Origin: Alphaproteobacteria bacterium
Lineage (GTDB): Bacteria; Pseudomonadota; Alphaproteobacteria; JABAAW01
Assembly (NCBI GenBank): GCA_965216625.1
Contig: OZ244186.1
Span: 1,347,594-1,411,593, forward strand
Direction: 5' to 3'
Length of the DNA: 64,000 bases
In this document: one piece after another, positions 9,546 to 19,079 of the stretch
Numbering within the stretch: the stretch's first letter is position 1
Layout: each line of letters opens with the position of its first letter
The notes under the pieces: generated by a model
The model's input: the letters and a program-made list of their open reading frames with translations, nothing else
Database searches by the model: none
What the model was told of the DNA's origin: nothing
Program-made: the position numbers and the translations under genes

Positions 9546-9756
9546 CGAAGATTTGCGAAAACTTTTTTTAACACCGAGCCTTGACGAGCAGAGAAGGAGG
9601 TGCTAGAAAGTCCTCTTGTTGCGCTTAAGGGCTGAAGTGAGGGGGTTTGGAGCGGGGGGGCTAGAGCAAACAAATAGGGGGGAAACATGGGGGGACAATC
9701 GTTTTTTACAAACAACAACAACACACTAACAACATCACACTAAGGAGTTTCCTCTG

Positions 9757-10539
9757 ATGAGAAAAGGAATTATTGTTTCCCTCGCCGCGCTGGCGATGGG
9801 TTTGACGGGCTTGTATGCGTCTCCTGCGAAGGGGCTGCAGTTTGGCTTTAATGCGGGTTACACTTCGGTGGGCCTTAATTTGCATGGCATGGGCGGAGAG
9901 TTTCTGTTCGGCTTTCAGGGCAAGGACGAGCATCGTCCGCAAGGCTCGGTGATACGCATCGGCTTGGCGGGTGCTTCAGGAGAGGGCGAATCCGACCTCA
10001 CTGCAGCAACATGGGACGGAGTGAGCTATGACGTTTACACAGCAGCAGCTCAGGCTCAAGTGACTGCTGCCATCACAGCGTTGGCGACATTGGGGGCGAC
10101 AGGTGCTGCTCTAGCAGCAGGCACTGCGGCAATACAAGCTGCAGCAGCAGCTCCAGGGGAAGCTTATGGTATTGCCGATAAAGCTTCGGCATCCGCTGCG
10201 AAGGGCAAGGGTACGGCCTTCCTCGTTTCGGCTGCTTACGAGTATGTCTTGCCGCAAGGTGCGCCGGGGCTTGGCTTCATCGTCGGTGGCGAGCTGTATG
10301 TTTCGCAAGGCGGCTTTGCAAGTTCTAATCCTGCCTATCCTAGCGTCTCGACCGATGGAGGCATCGGAGGGGGCGGTGTTGTTGGCATCAGCTACTACAC
10401 GAAGAATGGCTTCAACCTCTCGATCAAGACGGGAGTTGGCATCGTCAGTCCTGGAGAAGTGACTTTGCTTGGAGTGACAGTCGTGCCTGAGTCGGTGCTT
10501 TATGTCAGCCCGACTTTCTCGATTGGCTTCATTCACTAG
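9757..10539 (+). CDS. Outer-membrane beta-barrel protein (OmpA-like/porin-like), Ala-rich
   Basis: Signal peptide MRKGIIVSLAALAMGLTGLYASPA. The body alternates hydrophobic residues and is Gly/Tyr-rich. The C-terminus is TFSIGFIH. Confidence 0.5.
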   Translation: MRKGIIVSLAALAMGLTGLYASPAKGLQFGFNAGYTSVGLNLHGMGGEFLFGFQGKDEHRPQGSVIRIGLAGASGEGESDLTAATWDGVSYDVYTAAAQAQVTAAITALATLGATGAALAAGTAAIQAAAAAPGEAYGIADKASASAAKGKGTAFLVSAAYEYVLPQGAPGLGFIVGGELYVSQGGFASSNPAYPSVSTDGGIGGGGVVGISYYTKNGFNLSIKTGVGIVSPGEVTLLGVTVVPESVLYVSPTFSIGFIH

Positions 10540-10556
10540 TTCTAATCAACAAAAAT

Positions 10557-10594
10557 GAGGACGCGGGCTTTCGTTGCTCGCGTCCTCTTTTTTT
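10557..10594 (+). terminator. Rho-independent terminator after the OMP gene
   Basis: Stem gaggacgcg...cgcgtcctc followed by a T-run of 7. Confidence 0.7.
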
Positions 10595-10635
10595 GCTTGC
10601 GGATTGGTGCAGAGAAGGGTTAGGATTGGTGTGTT

Positions 10636-10926
10636 ATGCGTTCTTTGATCGAGTTAGTGTTGTTGCTGTTGCGTTTGTACGGATGGTGTCTGATTGCGGT
10701 TGCGATCATGAGTTGGATGTTGGCGTTTGGGGTTATCAACGCTTACTCGCCTGTGGTGCGCTCGATTTTGGAGATTTTGTATCGATTGACCGAGCCGTTA
10801 TTGCGTCCGATAAGGCGAGTGATTCCGTCGGTTGCGGGGGTTGATTTCTCGCCGGTGATTGCTCTGCTGGGGTTGTGGTTTGTCGGGCAGTTGATCAGGG
10901 AGTATGCGTTTAAGCTGTTGCTTTGA
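10636..10926 (+). CDS. yggT: YggT-family membrane protein
   Basis: 96 aa with two TM helices. The YggT/Ycf19-like segment is RLTEPLLRPIRRVIP...DFSPVIALL. Confidence 0.75.
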   Translation: MRSLIELVLLLLRLYGWCLIAVAIMSWMLAFGVINAYSPVVRSILEILYRLTEPLLRPIRRVIPSVAGVDFSPVIALLGLWFVGQLIREYAFKLLL

Positions 10927-10960
10927 GCCATAAGAGAAGAGAGAGAGGGAGTAGGGGCGA

Positions 10961-12322
10961 GTGACTGAAAAGAAGCAGAGGATTGATCCTATTCGGCGGG
11001 TACGCGGGATGCAGGATTTTCTACCTGAGCGCGCGGCGGGGATGCGGAGGATTGCGGGGATTGCGGAGGATGTTGCGAGGCTGTATGGGTTTGAGCGGAT
11101 AGAGATTCCTATATTAGAGAGGGCGAGTTTGTATCGGAGGTCGTTGGGATTGGGGAGCGATGTTGTGATGAAGGAGATGTATGCGTTTCAGGATAAGAAA
11201 GATAAAAATGACAATAGCGAGGAGTTGTGTTTGCGTCCTGAGGGGACGGCGGGGGTGATGCGGATGTTGATCGAGGAGGGATTGACGCAGACGCTACCGC
11301 AGAGATGGTTTTACGAGGGGGCGATGTTTCGCAGGGAAAGACCTCAAAAAGGTAGGTTTCGGCAATTTCATCAGTGCGGAATAGAGTTGCTACATAAGTC
11401 CGCGCGTTATGTCTACAATATAGACAAAGAATTAGAGATTGTTGCTTGCGCTTGGTATTTTCTTAGGGAGTTAAGGTTAACAGATACGATTGAGCTTAAA
11501 GTTAATTGGCTTGGGAACGCAGAGGAGAGGATGCTTTATGGTGAAACTTTAAAAAAGCATTTTCAACGATATGCGAAGGATGAATCTCTTTCGGATGAGA
11601 GTATAGAGCGATTGAAACGCAATCCTTTACGCATCCTTGATTCTAAAGACCCTCTCGATCAGGAGGCAATAAGTAAAGTTCCTCCATTGGAATTAAATAA
11701 AGTTTCACAAGATAAATTTAATGATGTTCAAGAATCTCTTAAAGTTTTAGGTATTTCATTTTCTTACGACTCAAGGCTTGTGCGTGGGTTAGATTATTAC
11801 AACGGGTTTGTTTTTGAATTCGTAGAAAAAGACACGGAACGAGCGCAGGCGACGATATTGGCGGGAGGACAATACGATGGGTTATGCGAGGAGTTAGGAG
11901 GAAAAAATCCTGTTGCTGCTATCGGATGGGCTGCGGGGTTGGAGCGTTTATTGGAACTGCAGGAAAACAAAAAAAATCAAAGCGTTAGCTCTCATATAAC
12001 AAAAATGTGTGTATTAGGGGATGATACTTTTAGAGGAGTTGAGTTTGGAGGCGAACTTGTTGATTTAATTGAGGACATAAGAAATAAATTTTATAAAAAC
12101 AATGATCTTTCTAGTGTTGCTTTTTTTACAGCTTCTTCTTACGAAGAGGCAGAAAAAACAAAAGCAAATTGGATTGTTATTATTTGTAGATTAGGGTTGG
12201 AAAGTTATTATTTCCGTATAATAAACGCATCTAATGGGAAAGAACTTGATGCAAATATTGAGCCGCATGAGTTTGATCAATGGTTGGAATCTAGTTTTGG
12301 TGATGAGGACGAAGACTTATAA
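10961..12322 (+). CDS. hisS: Histidine--tRNA ligase; the 5' half is G+T-rich and the 3' half is A+T-rich
   Basis: Class II aaRS motifs are present (RGMQDFLPE, LRPEGTA, FRRERPQKGRFRQFHQ, GGQYDGL). Composition shifts abruptly at about 11400. Confidence 0.9.
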   Translation: MTEKKQRIDPIRRVRGMQDFLPERAAGMRRIAGIAEDVARLYGFERIEIPILERASLYRRSLGLGSDVVMKEMYAFQDKKDKNDNSEELCLRPEGTAGVMRMLIEEGLTQTLPQRWFYEGAMFRRERPQKGRFRQFHQCGIELLHKSARYVYNIDKELEIVACAWYFLRELRLTDTIELKVNWLGNAEERMLYGETLKKHFQRYAKDESLSDESIERLKRNPLRILDSKDPLDQEAISKVPPLELNKVSQDKFNDVQESLKVLGISFSYDSRLVRGLDYYNGFVFEFVEKDTERAQATILAGGQYDGLCEELGGKNPVAAIGWAAGLERLLELQENKKNQSVSSHITKMCVLGDDTFRGVEFGGELVDLIEDIRNKFYKNNDLSSVAFFTASSYEEAEKTKANWIVIICRLGLESYYFRIINASNGKELDANIEPHEFDQWLESSFGDEDEDL

Positions 12323-12325
12323 CCC

Positions 12326-12533
12326 CCTGATAGAAAAAACAATACTATCGGCATGGTGGGCGTTCGTATGATGCATGTAGAGGCGACATGGCACTTGGCA
12401 GATTAAAACATGCGCATAGGCACGACGATAGGCAGTATGGTCTGCCAAGTTGGGGATAAATTCCCCTGCCATGCCGAATCTACATGCATCATCTAAACAT
12501 CTCCCGCGTCGATAGAATTTTCTTTCTATCAGC
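12326..12533. mobile_element. MITE-like ~208-bp palindromic element with imperfect terminal inverted repeats
   Basis: The left arm is cctgatagaaaaaacaatactatcggcatgg...gatgatgcatgtagaggcgacatggcacttggcagat. The right arm is its near reverse complement (atctgccaagttggggataaattcccctgccatgcc...ttctttctatcag). It contains the recurrent ggggataaattcccc hairpin and has no ORF. Confidence 0.55.
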
Positions 12534-12596
12534 AAGAAAAAAATGGGTTAGCGTTATTGTCTTGTTTCTTTTATCGTAATAAGTTACACTAATACC

Positions 12597-13772
12597 ATGA
12601 GTGCACAAGACGAGTTCTGGCGTGAAAGATTCGCAACCTCCCTCCATCAAGAGGAAACAACCCAACTCGCCCTAAATAACCCCAAAATCCCCAACCCCGA
12701 ACGCATAACCCTCGCAAAAACACTCGCATCCCTAACCCCCCTCTGTAACGAAATCCGCTCCTACAATAACCTAACCCAACAAAAAATCTCCGCACAAAAC
12801 ATCCTCGCCGAAGAACCCGACGCAGATCTAGATCTATCTAAAGAACTCAAAGCACTCGCCTCAGAAGAAATTATAACCCTAGAAAAACAACGCGCCTCAA
12901 TCCTAGATAAAATCCAAAACCTCATGCTAGACTCATCAGAAGAAGAAATAAATACCGCCATCCTAGAAATAAGACCAGGTACAGGCGGCGAGGAAGCCGC
13001 CCTCTTCGCAGCCGACCTCCTAACTATGTACCAACGATACTCCGCAAATAATTCCTACAAGTTCGAGACTATCTCCATACAACAAACCCAACAAGGCGGT
13101 ATCAAAGAAGCCATCGCTACCATCGAAGGACCCCGCGCCTTCACAAGACTCTCCGTAGAATCAGGCGTCCATCGCGTCCAACGAATTCCCGAAACCGAAA
13201 CACAAGGCAGGATCCATACCTCCGCCGCAACCGTCGCAATCCTCCCCCAAACATCCAATATACAACACCCCCTCCGCGAACAAGACCTCCGAACCGAAAC
13301 CTTCCGCGCGCAAGGCGCAGGAGGACAACACGTAAATACAACCGACTCCGCCGTGCGTATAACCCATATACCCTCAGGACAAGTCGTCCAATGCCAAGAC
13401 GAAAAATCTCAACACCGAAACCGCGAAAAAGCACTCAAAGTCCTAACCGCACGAGTGCAACAACATATCCAAGAATCACAAAATGCCGAACGCTCCGCAA
13501 CACGCAACGCACAAATAGGTAGCGGAGACCGCTCAGAGCGAATCCGTACCTATAACTTTCCCCAAAACAGAATCACCGACCACCGCATCGCGCTAACCAT
13601 CTACAAACTAGACCGCATCATGCAAGGCGACGGGCTAGAACTGCTCCTCAATCCTCTCGAAGCCGCCCGAAAATCCGAGCGTATAACACAACTCCAAGAA
13701 CAAAACACAATCCCCAAAACAAACCCCTCATCCCCAAACAAGCAAACAAACAAAAAAAATGCCTCTTCTTGA
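12597..13772 (+). CDS. prfA: Peptide chain release factor 1 with N- and C-terminal extensions
   Basis: GGQHVN motif and RIHTSAATVAILP. The low-complexity tail is NTIPKTNPSSPNKQTNKKNASS. Confidence 0.9.
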   Translation: MSAQDEFWRERFATSLHQEETTQLALNNPKIPNPERITLAKTLASLTPLCNEIRSYNNLTQQKISAQNILAEEPDADLDLSKELKALASEEIITLEKQRASILDKIQNLMLDSSEEEINTAILEIRPGTGGEEAALFAADLLTMYQRYSANNSYKFETISIQQTQQGGIKEAIATIEGPRAFTRLSVESGVHRVQRIPETETQGRIHTSAATVAILPQTSNIQHPLREQDLRTETFRAQGAGGQHVNTTDSAVRITHIPSGQVVQCQDEKSQHRNREKALKVLTARVQQHIQESQNAERSATRNAQIGSGDRSERIRTYNFPQNRITDHRIALTIYKLDRIMQGDGLELLLNPLEAARKSERITQLQEQNTIPKTNPSSPNKQTNKKNASS

Positions 13773-14691
13773 GATTCATAAGCTCCGCGAACTCTATAAA
13801 AATTGGCTACTTCGTCTGAAAGACGCCGACCTCGAAGACCCCCAAGCAGAACTCAACGCGCTATGGAGAACAACAACAAACGATCCCCTACCCTTACTCG
13901 CCTCCTCTGAAATTACCCCCCTCCTCGCACAACGCCTGACGCATCTCGTCGAACGCCGAGCCGCGCGCGAACCCCTCGCCAGAATCACCAACCATCGCGA
14001 GTTCGCCTCCCTCCCCTTCCGTCTTAACAAAGCCTGCCTCATTCCCCGAGCCGACAGCGAAACGCTACTAGAAGCCGTCCTCCACCTCATCGCCTCGAAG
14101 CACCCCGTCCGCAGCATCCGAGAACTCGGTTGCGGTAGCGGATGCATCGTCCTCGCCCTCGCCGTAGACATGTTCGACAAAACTCACCGACCCCGCCTAC
14201 AAGCCTGCGACACCTCCGCCCAAGCCCTCATAGCCGCCAGACTTAACGCACAAAGCCTACAAAAAAAACTGCCCGTCCAGTTCTTCCTCGAAAACTGGAG
14301 CGATAAAAAACATCGCAGAAGAGATAACGGAAAACATCGCAGAAGAGATAGCAGAAGAAAACACCTCGACCTGCTCTTCGCGAACCCCCCCTACATTCGT
14401 CGCCGCGAGCGCATCACCCTATCGCGCGAAGTTGCCCGCTTCGATCCTCCGCTCGCGCTAGACGGCGGCTTCGATGGCATGTACTCCTTTCGCCAGATCC
14501 TTCTCTACGCGCAACAAACGCTACGCTGCGGAGGCTTTCTGCTACTCGAACACGCTCCGCACCAAACGCGCGTTCTCAAACCCCTCGCGCGACGAAAACA
14601 ATTCCGATACCTCCGAACGCTCCGCGACCTAGCAGGCAGAGACAGAGTCTCGGTTCTCAGGAAGCATTCTTCGCAAAAAGTCCTTGCTTGA
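13759..14691 (+). CDS. prmC: Release factor glutamine N5-methyltransferase (HemK/PrmC)
   Basis: NPPY motif (LLFANPPYI) and GCGSGCIVLALA. It overlaps the prfA stop (operon). It carries an in-frame tandem duplication giving KKHRRRDNGKHRRRDSRRKH. Confidence 0.85.
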   Translation: MPLLEIHKLRELYKNWLLRLKDADLEDPQAELNALWRTTTNDPLPLLASSEITPLLAQRLTHLVERRAAREPLARITNHREFASLPFRLNKACLIPRADSETLLEAVLHLIASKHPVRSIRELGCGSGCIVLALAVDMFDKTHRPRLQACDTSAQALIAARLNAQSLQKKLPVQFFLENWSDKKHRRRDNGKHRRRDSRRKHLDLLFANPPYIRRRERITLSREVARFDPPLALDGGFDGMYSFRQILLYAQQTLRCGGFLLLEHAPHQTRVLKPLARRKQFRYLRTLRDLAGRDRVSVLRKHSSQKVLA

Positions 14692-14759
14692 TGCCTGCCG
14701 CCTCGCCTATCCTTGTTTTAAGAATTACCCCCTCCCTTTGTACGAGCCCATAAATATCC

Positions 14760-15395
14760 ATGTATACCCAACGAAGACCCTCCTCCCGCCCGCCCCGTAA
14801 CGGCGGCTACTCCCAACGCGGACGCGGTCCCTCCTCTTCAGGACGCAACTTTGAATCGAATGGTCCTGCGAACTTTCGCGTGCGCGGCAAACCCATCCAA
14901 ATTCACGACAAGTATGTGCAGCTCGCCCGCGACTCGGCTGCCAACGGAGACAAGATTCTGACAGAAGGTCTTCTTCAGCACGCAGAGCATTACTTGCGCA
15001 TGCAAACCCTCGAGCGAGACAGAAGCGCGCCCGATCGCTCCGTAGAACGAGGCAACGATTCTTCCGAAGAGGGCGATGGCGGCTATCGTCGTTTTGCGCC
15101 ACGCGCAGGCGGCACGCGCCGTCGCTGGGCGGTTTCGCCTGAGGGACCTGCGCGCCAAGAAGCACAACAAGAATCGCAAAACCAAGAATCGCAGAACGAT
15201 GGCTACGCCTCATCTTCCGAGCCGACCAGCGTCGGCGGAGGTAGCGAGAACATCGACCAATCCTCAGATGCTATCGAAGAGCAGGCGCAAGTCGAGCAAC
15301 GACGTCCCCTCTCTGAGGGAGGGCTTGCCACCAACGATGCTCCCGACAATGCGAGCGGAGACGGAAGCTATGGGTCGGATGCCTCCTACGAGTGA
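14760..15395 (+). CDS. DUF4167-domain protein
   Basis: NFESNGPANFRVRGKPIQIHDKYVQLARDSAANGDKILTEGLLQHAEHY matches the alphaproteobacterial DUF4167 N-terminal signature. The C-terminus is acidic and low-complexity. Confidence 0.65.
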   Translation: MYTQRRPSSRPPRNGGYSQRGRGPSSSGRNFESNGPANFRVRGKPIQIHDKYVQLARDSAANGDKILTEGLLQHAEHYLRMQTLERDRSAPDRSVERGNDSSEEGDGGYRRFAPRAGGTRRRWAVSPEGPARQEAQQESQNQESQNDGYASSSEPTSVGGGSENIDQSSDAIEEQAQVEQRRPLSEGGLATNDAPDNASGDGSYGSDASYE

Positions 15396-15402
15396 AGGGT
15401 TG

Positions 15403-16683
15403 CTAGCTGGCCTGCTCCTGTTGTTGGCGTTGCTGCGCCTGCTCGGCAAGACGATCGAGCCAATACTGCTGTCCTTCCAAATCGTTGTGCGCCTCTTTAG
15501 CCAGACGTGCGCGCAGGACGTTGTAAGAAAGCCACTCCGCCTGCGCAGCAGAATTGTCCGCGGCAGGATTGTCCGCGAGTGGTCTGTAGTTTTCTTCCAT
15601 CTTTAGCGCTAGGTCGTCGAGCATCTGTGTTGCGCGCGCCCAGACTTTAGCGTCCAACAGCATTTCGCACAAAAGGAGTCGAGATTTCAACGATGGCTGC
15701 TTTGTGCATAAGCTCTCTAGCAGTCGAGCGCGCTCGATAGGTTCGGTCGCGTTGTGCAGACGGAAGAAGGCTTCGGCGAGTGCGCGCCCTTCGAACTCTG
15801 CCCAATGCGTGCGGACGAGTTTTCGTCCCTGCGCCCTTAAAGCCACTCCGCCGTCGGCGAGTCGTTGGGCGTAGGCGACGATGCCGCGTTGTTTTGATGC
15901 GAGGAAAGCCAGCTGCGCTTGTCGCACGGCATCTTTTTCGTCTCCCGCCTCCAAGGCTTTTCGCATGGCGTCGATTCGCAACCCCGCTTCCAGCAGCTGA
16001 AAGGTCGAGGGCAGGGTTGTACCGCGCCGTCGTATTTTGTCCAAGATGGCGAGAGCAGCTTCGGGAGAATCGCCTTGTCGAGCGATCTCGATTTGCTCGA
16101 CCCACAGCTGCAACGACGATGGGCGCAACGCCTCTGCTTCGCGCGCATAGATTTGAGCCCGCCCGTAGTCGCCGTTGTTGCGGAAGAGCCGTGCGAGCGA
16201 GAGCAGGGCTACGAAGCGCATATCGGGAGATCGTTGCAATCTTCCGTAGAGCATCTGCGCCTGCTCGACATTGGAGGATGCTTCGGCGACCTGAGCGGCG
16301 ATCAAAGTCGAGAGGCTATCTTTGTTCAACAGCTTGCGTGCTTCCAAAGCTTTTTCCAAACGTGCGTTAGCAGCGTGAGCAGTTTCCCCTTCCATCGCCG
16401 CTCCGCCGCCGCTCAATGCTTGTAGCAATGCGCGATAACCCGCATCGCGTCTCCGCGTTCGTCTCCACAAACCGACATGGCGTGGCAAGAGCCATAGTTC
16501 TCGCAAGAGTCGCCCTCCCCACAGCAGGAGAAACAACGTCAAGAGCAACAAGACGAGCAGCGCACCTGGTCTTGCTGTGAGCTGCCATTCTCCCCACGCG
16601 ATGTCGAGTTGTCCGCGTGCGGTCGCCATCCACGCCGCTACGAGTGCTAGCAGCGCGAGTTTGACGGTTGTCCAAAACATCAA
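15403..16683 (-). CDS. hemY: HemY-like TPR membrane protein
   Basis: N-terminal TM helices, then TPR-like repeats. It sits downstream of hemC-hemD-hemX on the same strand. Confidence 0.7.
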   Translation of the reverse strand: MMFWTTVKLALLALVAAWMATARGQLDIAWGEWQLTARPGALLVLLLLTLFLLLWGGRLLRELWLLPRHVGLWRRTRRRDAGYRALLQALSGGGAAMEGETAHAANARLEKALEARKLLNKDSLSTLIAAQVAEASSNVEQAQMLYGRLQRSPDMRFVALLSLARLFRNNGDYGRAQIYAREAEALRPSSLQLWVEQIEIARQGDSPEAALAILDKIRRRGTTLPSTFQLLEAGLRIDAMRKALEAGDEKDAVRQAQLAFLASKQRGIVAYAQRLADGGVALRAQGRKLVRTHWAEFEGRALAEAFFRLHNATEPIERARLLESLCTKQPSLKSRLLLCEMLLDAKVWARATQMLDDLALKMEENYRPLADNPAADNSAAQAEWLSYNVLRARLAKEAHNDLEGQQYWLDRLAEQAQQRQQQEQAS

Positions 16684-16687
16684 CGGA

Positions 16688-18268
16688 TCAGGACGAGGGT
16701 CGGCGAGGTGTTGTGTCGCCTATCTCGCTGCTACTCAGGAGGGTGCGAATTTCGTGCAACGCTACGAAGATGCCGTTGCGGGAGGACAGTGCCGCACGAA
16801 AAGCCTGCAGTCGGGCGGAGACATCTTCGCCCAGCTGCTCGCGCGTCTGTGCGCTGGAGGAGGAGAGGGAGGGGAAGAGAGAGGGGAAGGTTTGCGCGAG
16901 GCGCTCTTCTGCCTGTTGGAAGCGTCCGTCTTCGAGCATGCGTTCGACGGTGAGAAACGCGGATTCGTCGCCATCGCCATCGCCGTCGCCATCTCTTGCG
17001 CCGTAGCGTCGTCGCAAGGAGAATATTCCGAACATCTGCGCGCGCAATTTTTGAGCAAAGCGTGCGGCAAGCCCTCGCCCTTCCGCCCCCTTCGCTGCCT
17101 TGTCCGCAGCCTGCCATACGAGCAATTCGGGAAGCAAACGGCGGTAATCGGCGAGCAGTCGCTGCGGGGAGGAGAGATTGTTCGCTCGCCGCAAGAGTGC
17201 CAAGGCACCCTCCAGCTGCTCGCGTTCTTGGAGGCTCAAGGAGGACTCCAGCTGCTGCAACGAGAATGGGCTGCGTTGCGCGATCGCATAGGCGATGTTC
17301 TCCAGCTGGAACAGAGCATTCAAACGCCGCGACAAGCGTTCGGTCGCGCGATTCTGCTCTAGGCGTTCGACTTGCAAGCGCAACTGCGACAGAGCCTCAG
17401 CGCGCCGCTGCAACAGCTCGGAAAGCGAATCCAAGCGCGCCGACTGGTTGTCGAAGGCGGCTGCCAACGCGTCGCTCTCGCTTTTCAGACGACGCAGTTC
17501 CGCCACAGCGGGCGCAGACTGCTGCGCGCTCACCCCCGCCATGTCGCGCTCCAATCCCTCTAGGCGCACAAGCAAGTCGTGCGGCAAGGCAGAAAAATTA
17601 ACCGAAGAAGAATCGTGCGCGGCATCGTCTTTGTTTTTGTCATCACCATCGCTCGCGTGCGACTCTGACGACGATGCATCGTGACCCTCGGCGAAAGTGC
17701 CCATCAGCTTTGTATCGATCGGTCCCGCCCAAAGAGGGCGCGTGAGAACACCGACAAGGGCAATCAGCGAGAGCAGCATCGCCCACTGACCGCTCGTGCT
17801 ACGCGGCAGAGCGGCGTGTTCCCATACCTCGCTGGAAATATCCAAATTCTCCTCGTCGCTGCTAGTGAAATCGTCGCTGCTCGTAAATGCACTGACGATC
17901 CCCTCCTCCATGGCGACCTCCTCCATGGCGACCTCCTCCTTCGCGGCGGAGTCCGCTTTACCCTTTTGTTCTTGTCCTTTCTTCTGGTCTTCTTTCTCTT
18001 CCCCCTTTTGCGCCATAATATTTTCTGGGAGCTGTTCTTGTACTTGTGTGGTCGAAGTGCTTGCGTCCTCCAAGGAGGGGGTGCTTAAGAGCGCGCGTAT
18101 TTTCTGTTGGTGGGCGAGAGGGATCGATCCTCGTTTTTTCCATCCTTGAACCGTGCCGACAGCGAGCCCGAGCCGTGCAGCGCAGGGACGCAAACCCCCT
18201 AGGCGAGCGACGAGTGCCTCGACGCCTGAGCGTTTGTCGAAATCTATATCGAGGTCAGCGTCCGTCAT
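16688..18268 (-). CDS. hemX: HemX-like (mitofilin-type) coiled-coil membrane protein
   Basis: It has one TM segment (WAMLLSLIALVGVLT) followed by a long coiled-coil region. Placement between hemD and hemY supports the call. There are in-frame tandem repeats (EEVAMEEVAMEE, GDGDGDGD). Confidence 0.5.
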   Translation of the reverse strand: MTDADLDIDFDKRSGVEALVARLGGLRPCAARLGLAVGTVQGWKKRGSIPLAHQQKIRALLSTPSLEDASTSTTQVQEQLPENIMAQKGEEKEDQKKGQEQKGKADSAAKEEVAMEEVAMEEGIVSAFTSSDDFTSSDEENLDISSEVWEHAALPRSTSGQWAMLLSLIALVGVLTRPLWAGPIDTKLMGTFAEGHDASSSESHASDGDDKNKDDAAHDSSSVNFSALPHDLLVRLEGLERDMAGVSAQQSAPAVAELRRLKSESDALAAAFDNQSARLDSLSELLQRRAEALSQLRLQVERLEQNRATERLSRRLNALFQLENIAYAIAQRSPFSLQQLESSLSLQEREQLEGALALLRRANNLSSPQRLLADYRRLLPELLVWQAADKAAKGAEGRGLAARFAQKLRAQMFGIFSLRRRYGARDGDGDGDGDESAFLTVERMLEDGRFQQAEERLAQTFPSLFPSLSSSSAQTREQLGEDVSARLQAFRAALSSRNGIFVALHEIRTLLSSSEIGDTTPRRPSS

Positions 18269-19053
18269 GGGAGGGCTTTGTCAAGAGCTTGGAGCAAACT
18301 CGCCTCCGAAGGCACAGCAGCGCACACGATGCGGGCGTGCGGAAATCTTTGCTGCAAGCGTACGCCTACGCTCGGCGCAAGGCAGAAGAAACGCAAGCGG
18401 GCAGCGAGCAAGGAAGGCTCGCCGAAGGCTTGCGCGTACAGCGTTGCAAAAATATCCGCCGTGCGCGGCGAGTAGAACATCGAAGCGTACAGGGGAGGTT
18501 GTGAAGGAGATTGCGATTTCATGGAAGCGTTCAAGAGTCTGTAAGCAGAAGAAGGCAATTTTTGTACCGAAACCGCCTCGTACAAGACAGCTCTTTCAGC
18601 AGAATAGCCCACTTTTTGCAAGGATTCTACAAGATTTCCTCGACGATGCAAGCCGCAGAGATGCAGCACGGGCGTACTTTGAGGATGGTGTTGGCGAATC
18701 TCTTCGAGCAGGCTTACAAGCGTTCCTTGCGCGGCGCGTACGCTTGCAAAGCCTAGGCGTTTTGCCAAGGCTGCGCTTTCCTCTCCCACCGCCAGCACCG
18801 ACAAGGCGCGCGTAGCAGGGTTGTGCGACGGCGAGGATACACGCGTACGCGCGAGCATACGCAAGGCACTTTTCGAGGTTACGACCAGCGTAGGTTTTTT
18901 TTTCAGCTTTTCGGCAAGGTCAGGCGCAGGCAACGCTTCGAGTGAGAGTAGGGGTGCGCGAAAAACAGACCAACCACGACGGCGTAGCGTCAAGGCGCTC
19001 GCGTGCGATTCTTCGCGCAAGCGCGTGAGCAGCAAGGCACCTAGATCATGCAC
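18265..19053 (-). CDS. hemD: Uroporphyrinogen-III synthase
   Basis: 262 aa with HemD-like topology, placed between hemC and hemX. Confidence 0.65.
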   Translation of the reverse strand: MHDLGALLLTRLREESHASALTLRRRGWSVFRAPLLSLEALPAPDLAEKLKKKPTLVVTSKSALRMLARTRVSSPSHNPATRALSVLAVGEESAALAKRLGFASVRAAQGTLVSLLEEIRQHHPQSTPVLHLCGLHRRGNLVESLQKVGYSAERAVLYEAVSVQKLPSSAYRLLNASMKSQSPSQPPLYASMFYSPRTADIFATLYAQAFGEPSLLAARLRFFCLAPSVGVRLQQRFPHARIVCAAVPSEASLLQALDKALP

Positions 19054-19079
19054 CTAGATTATGCACTTAGCATCTCTTG

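Noticed and set aside
15647-18149. Numerous 60-260-aa ORFs on both strands inside hemY/hemX (e.g. 15780..16370, 16577..17362, 16996..17601, 17681..18088)
   Set aside because: They are alternative frames of GC-rich genes. They are Arg/Ala/Pro-rich, lack start-site features, and are all covered by the hemX/hemY frames.
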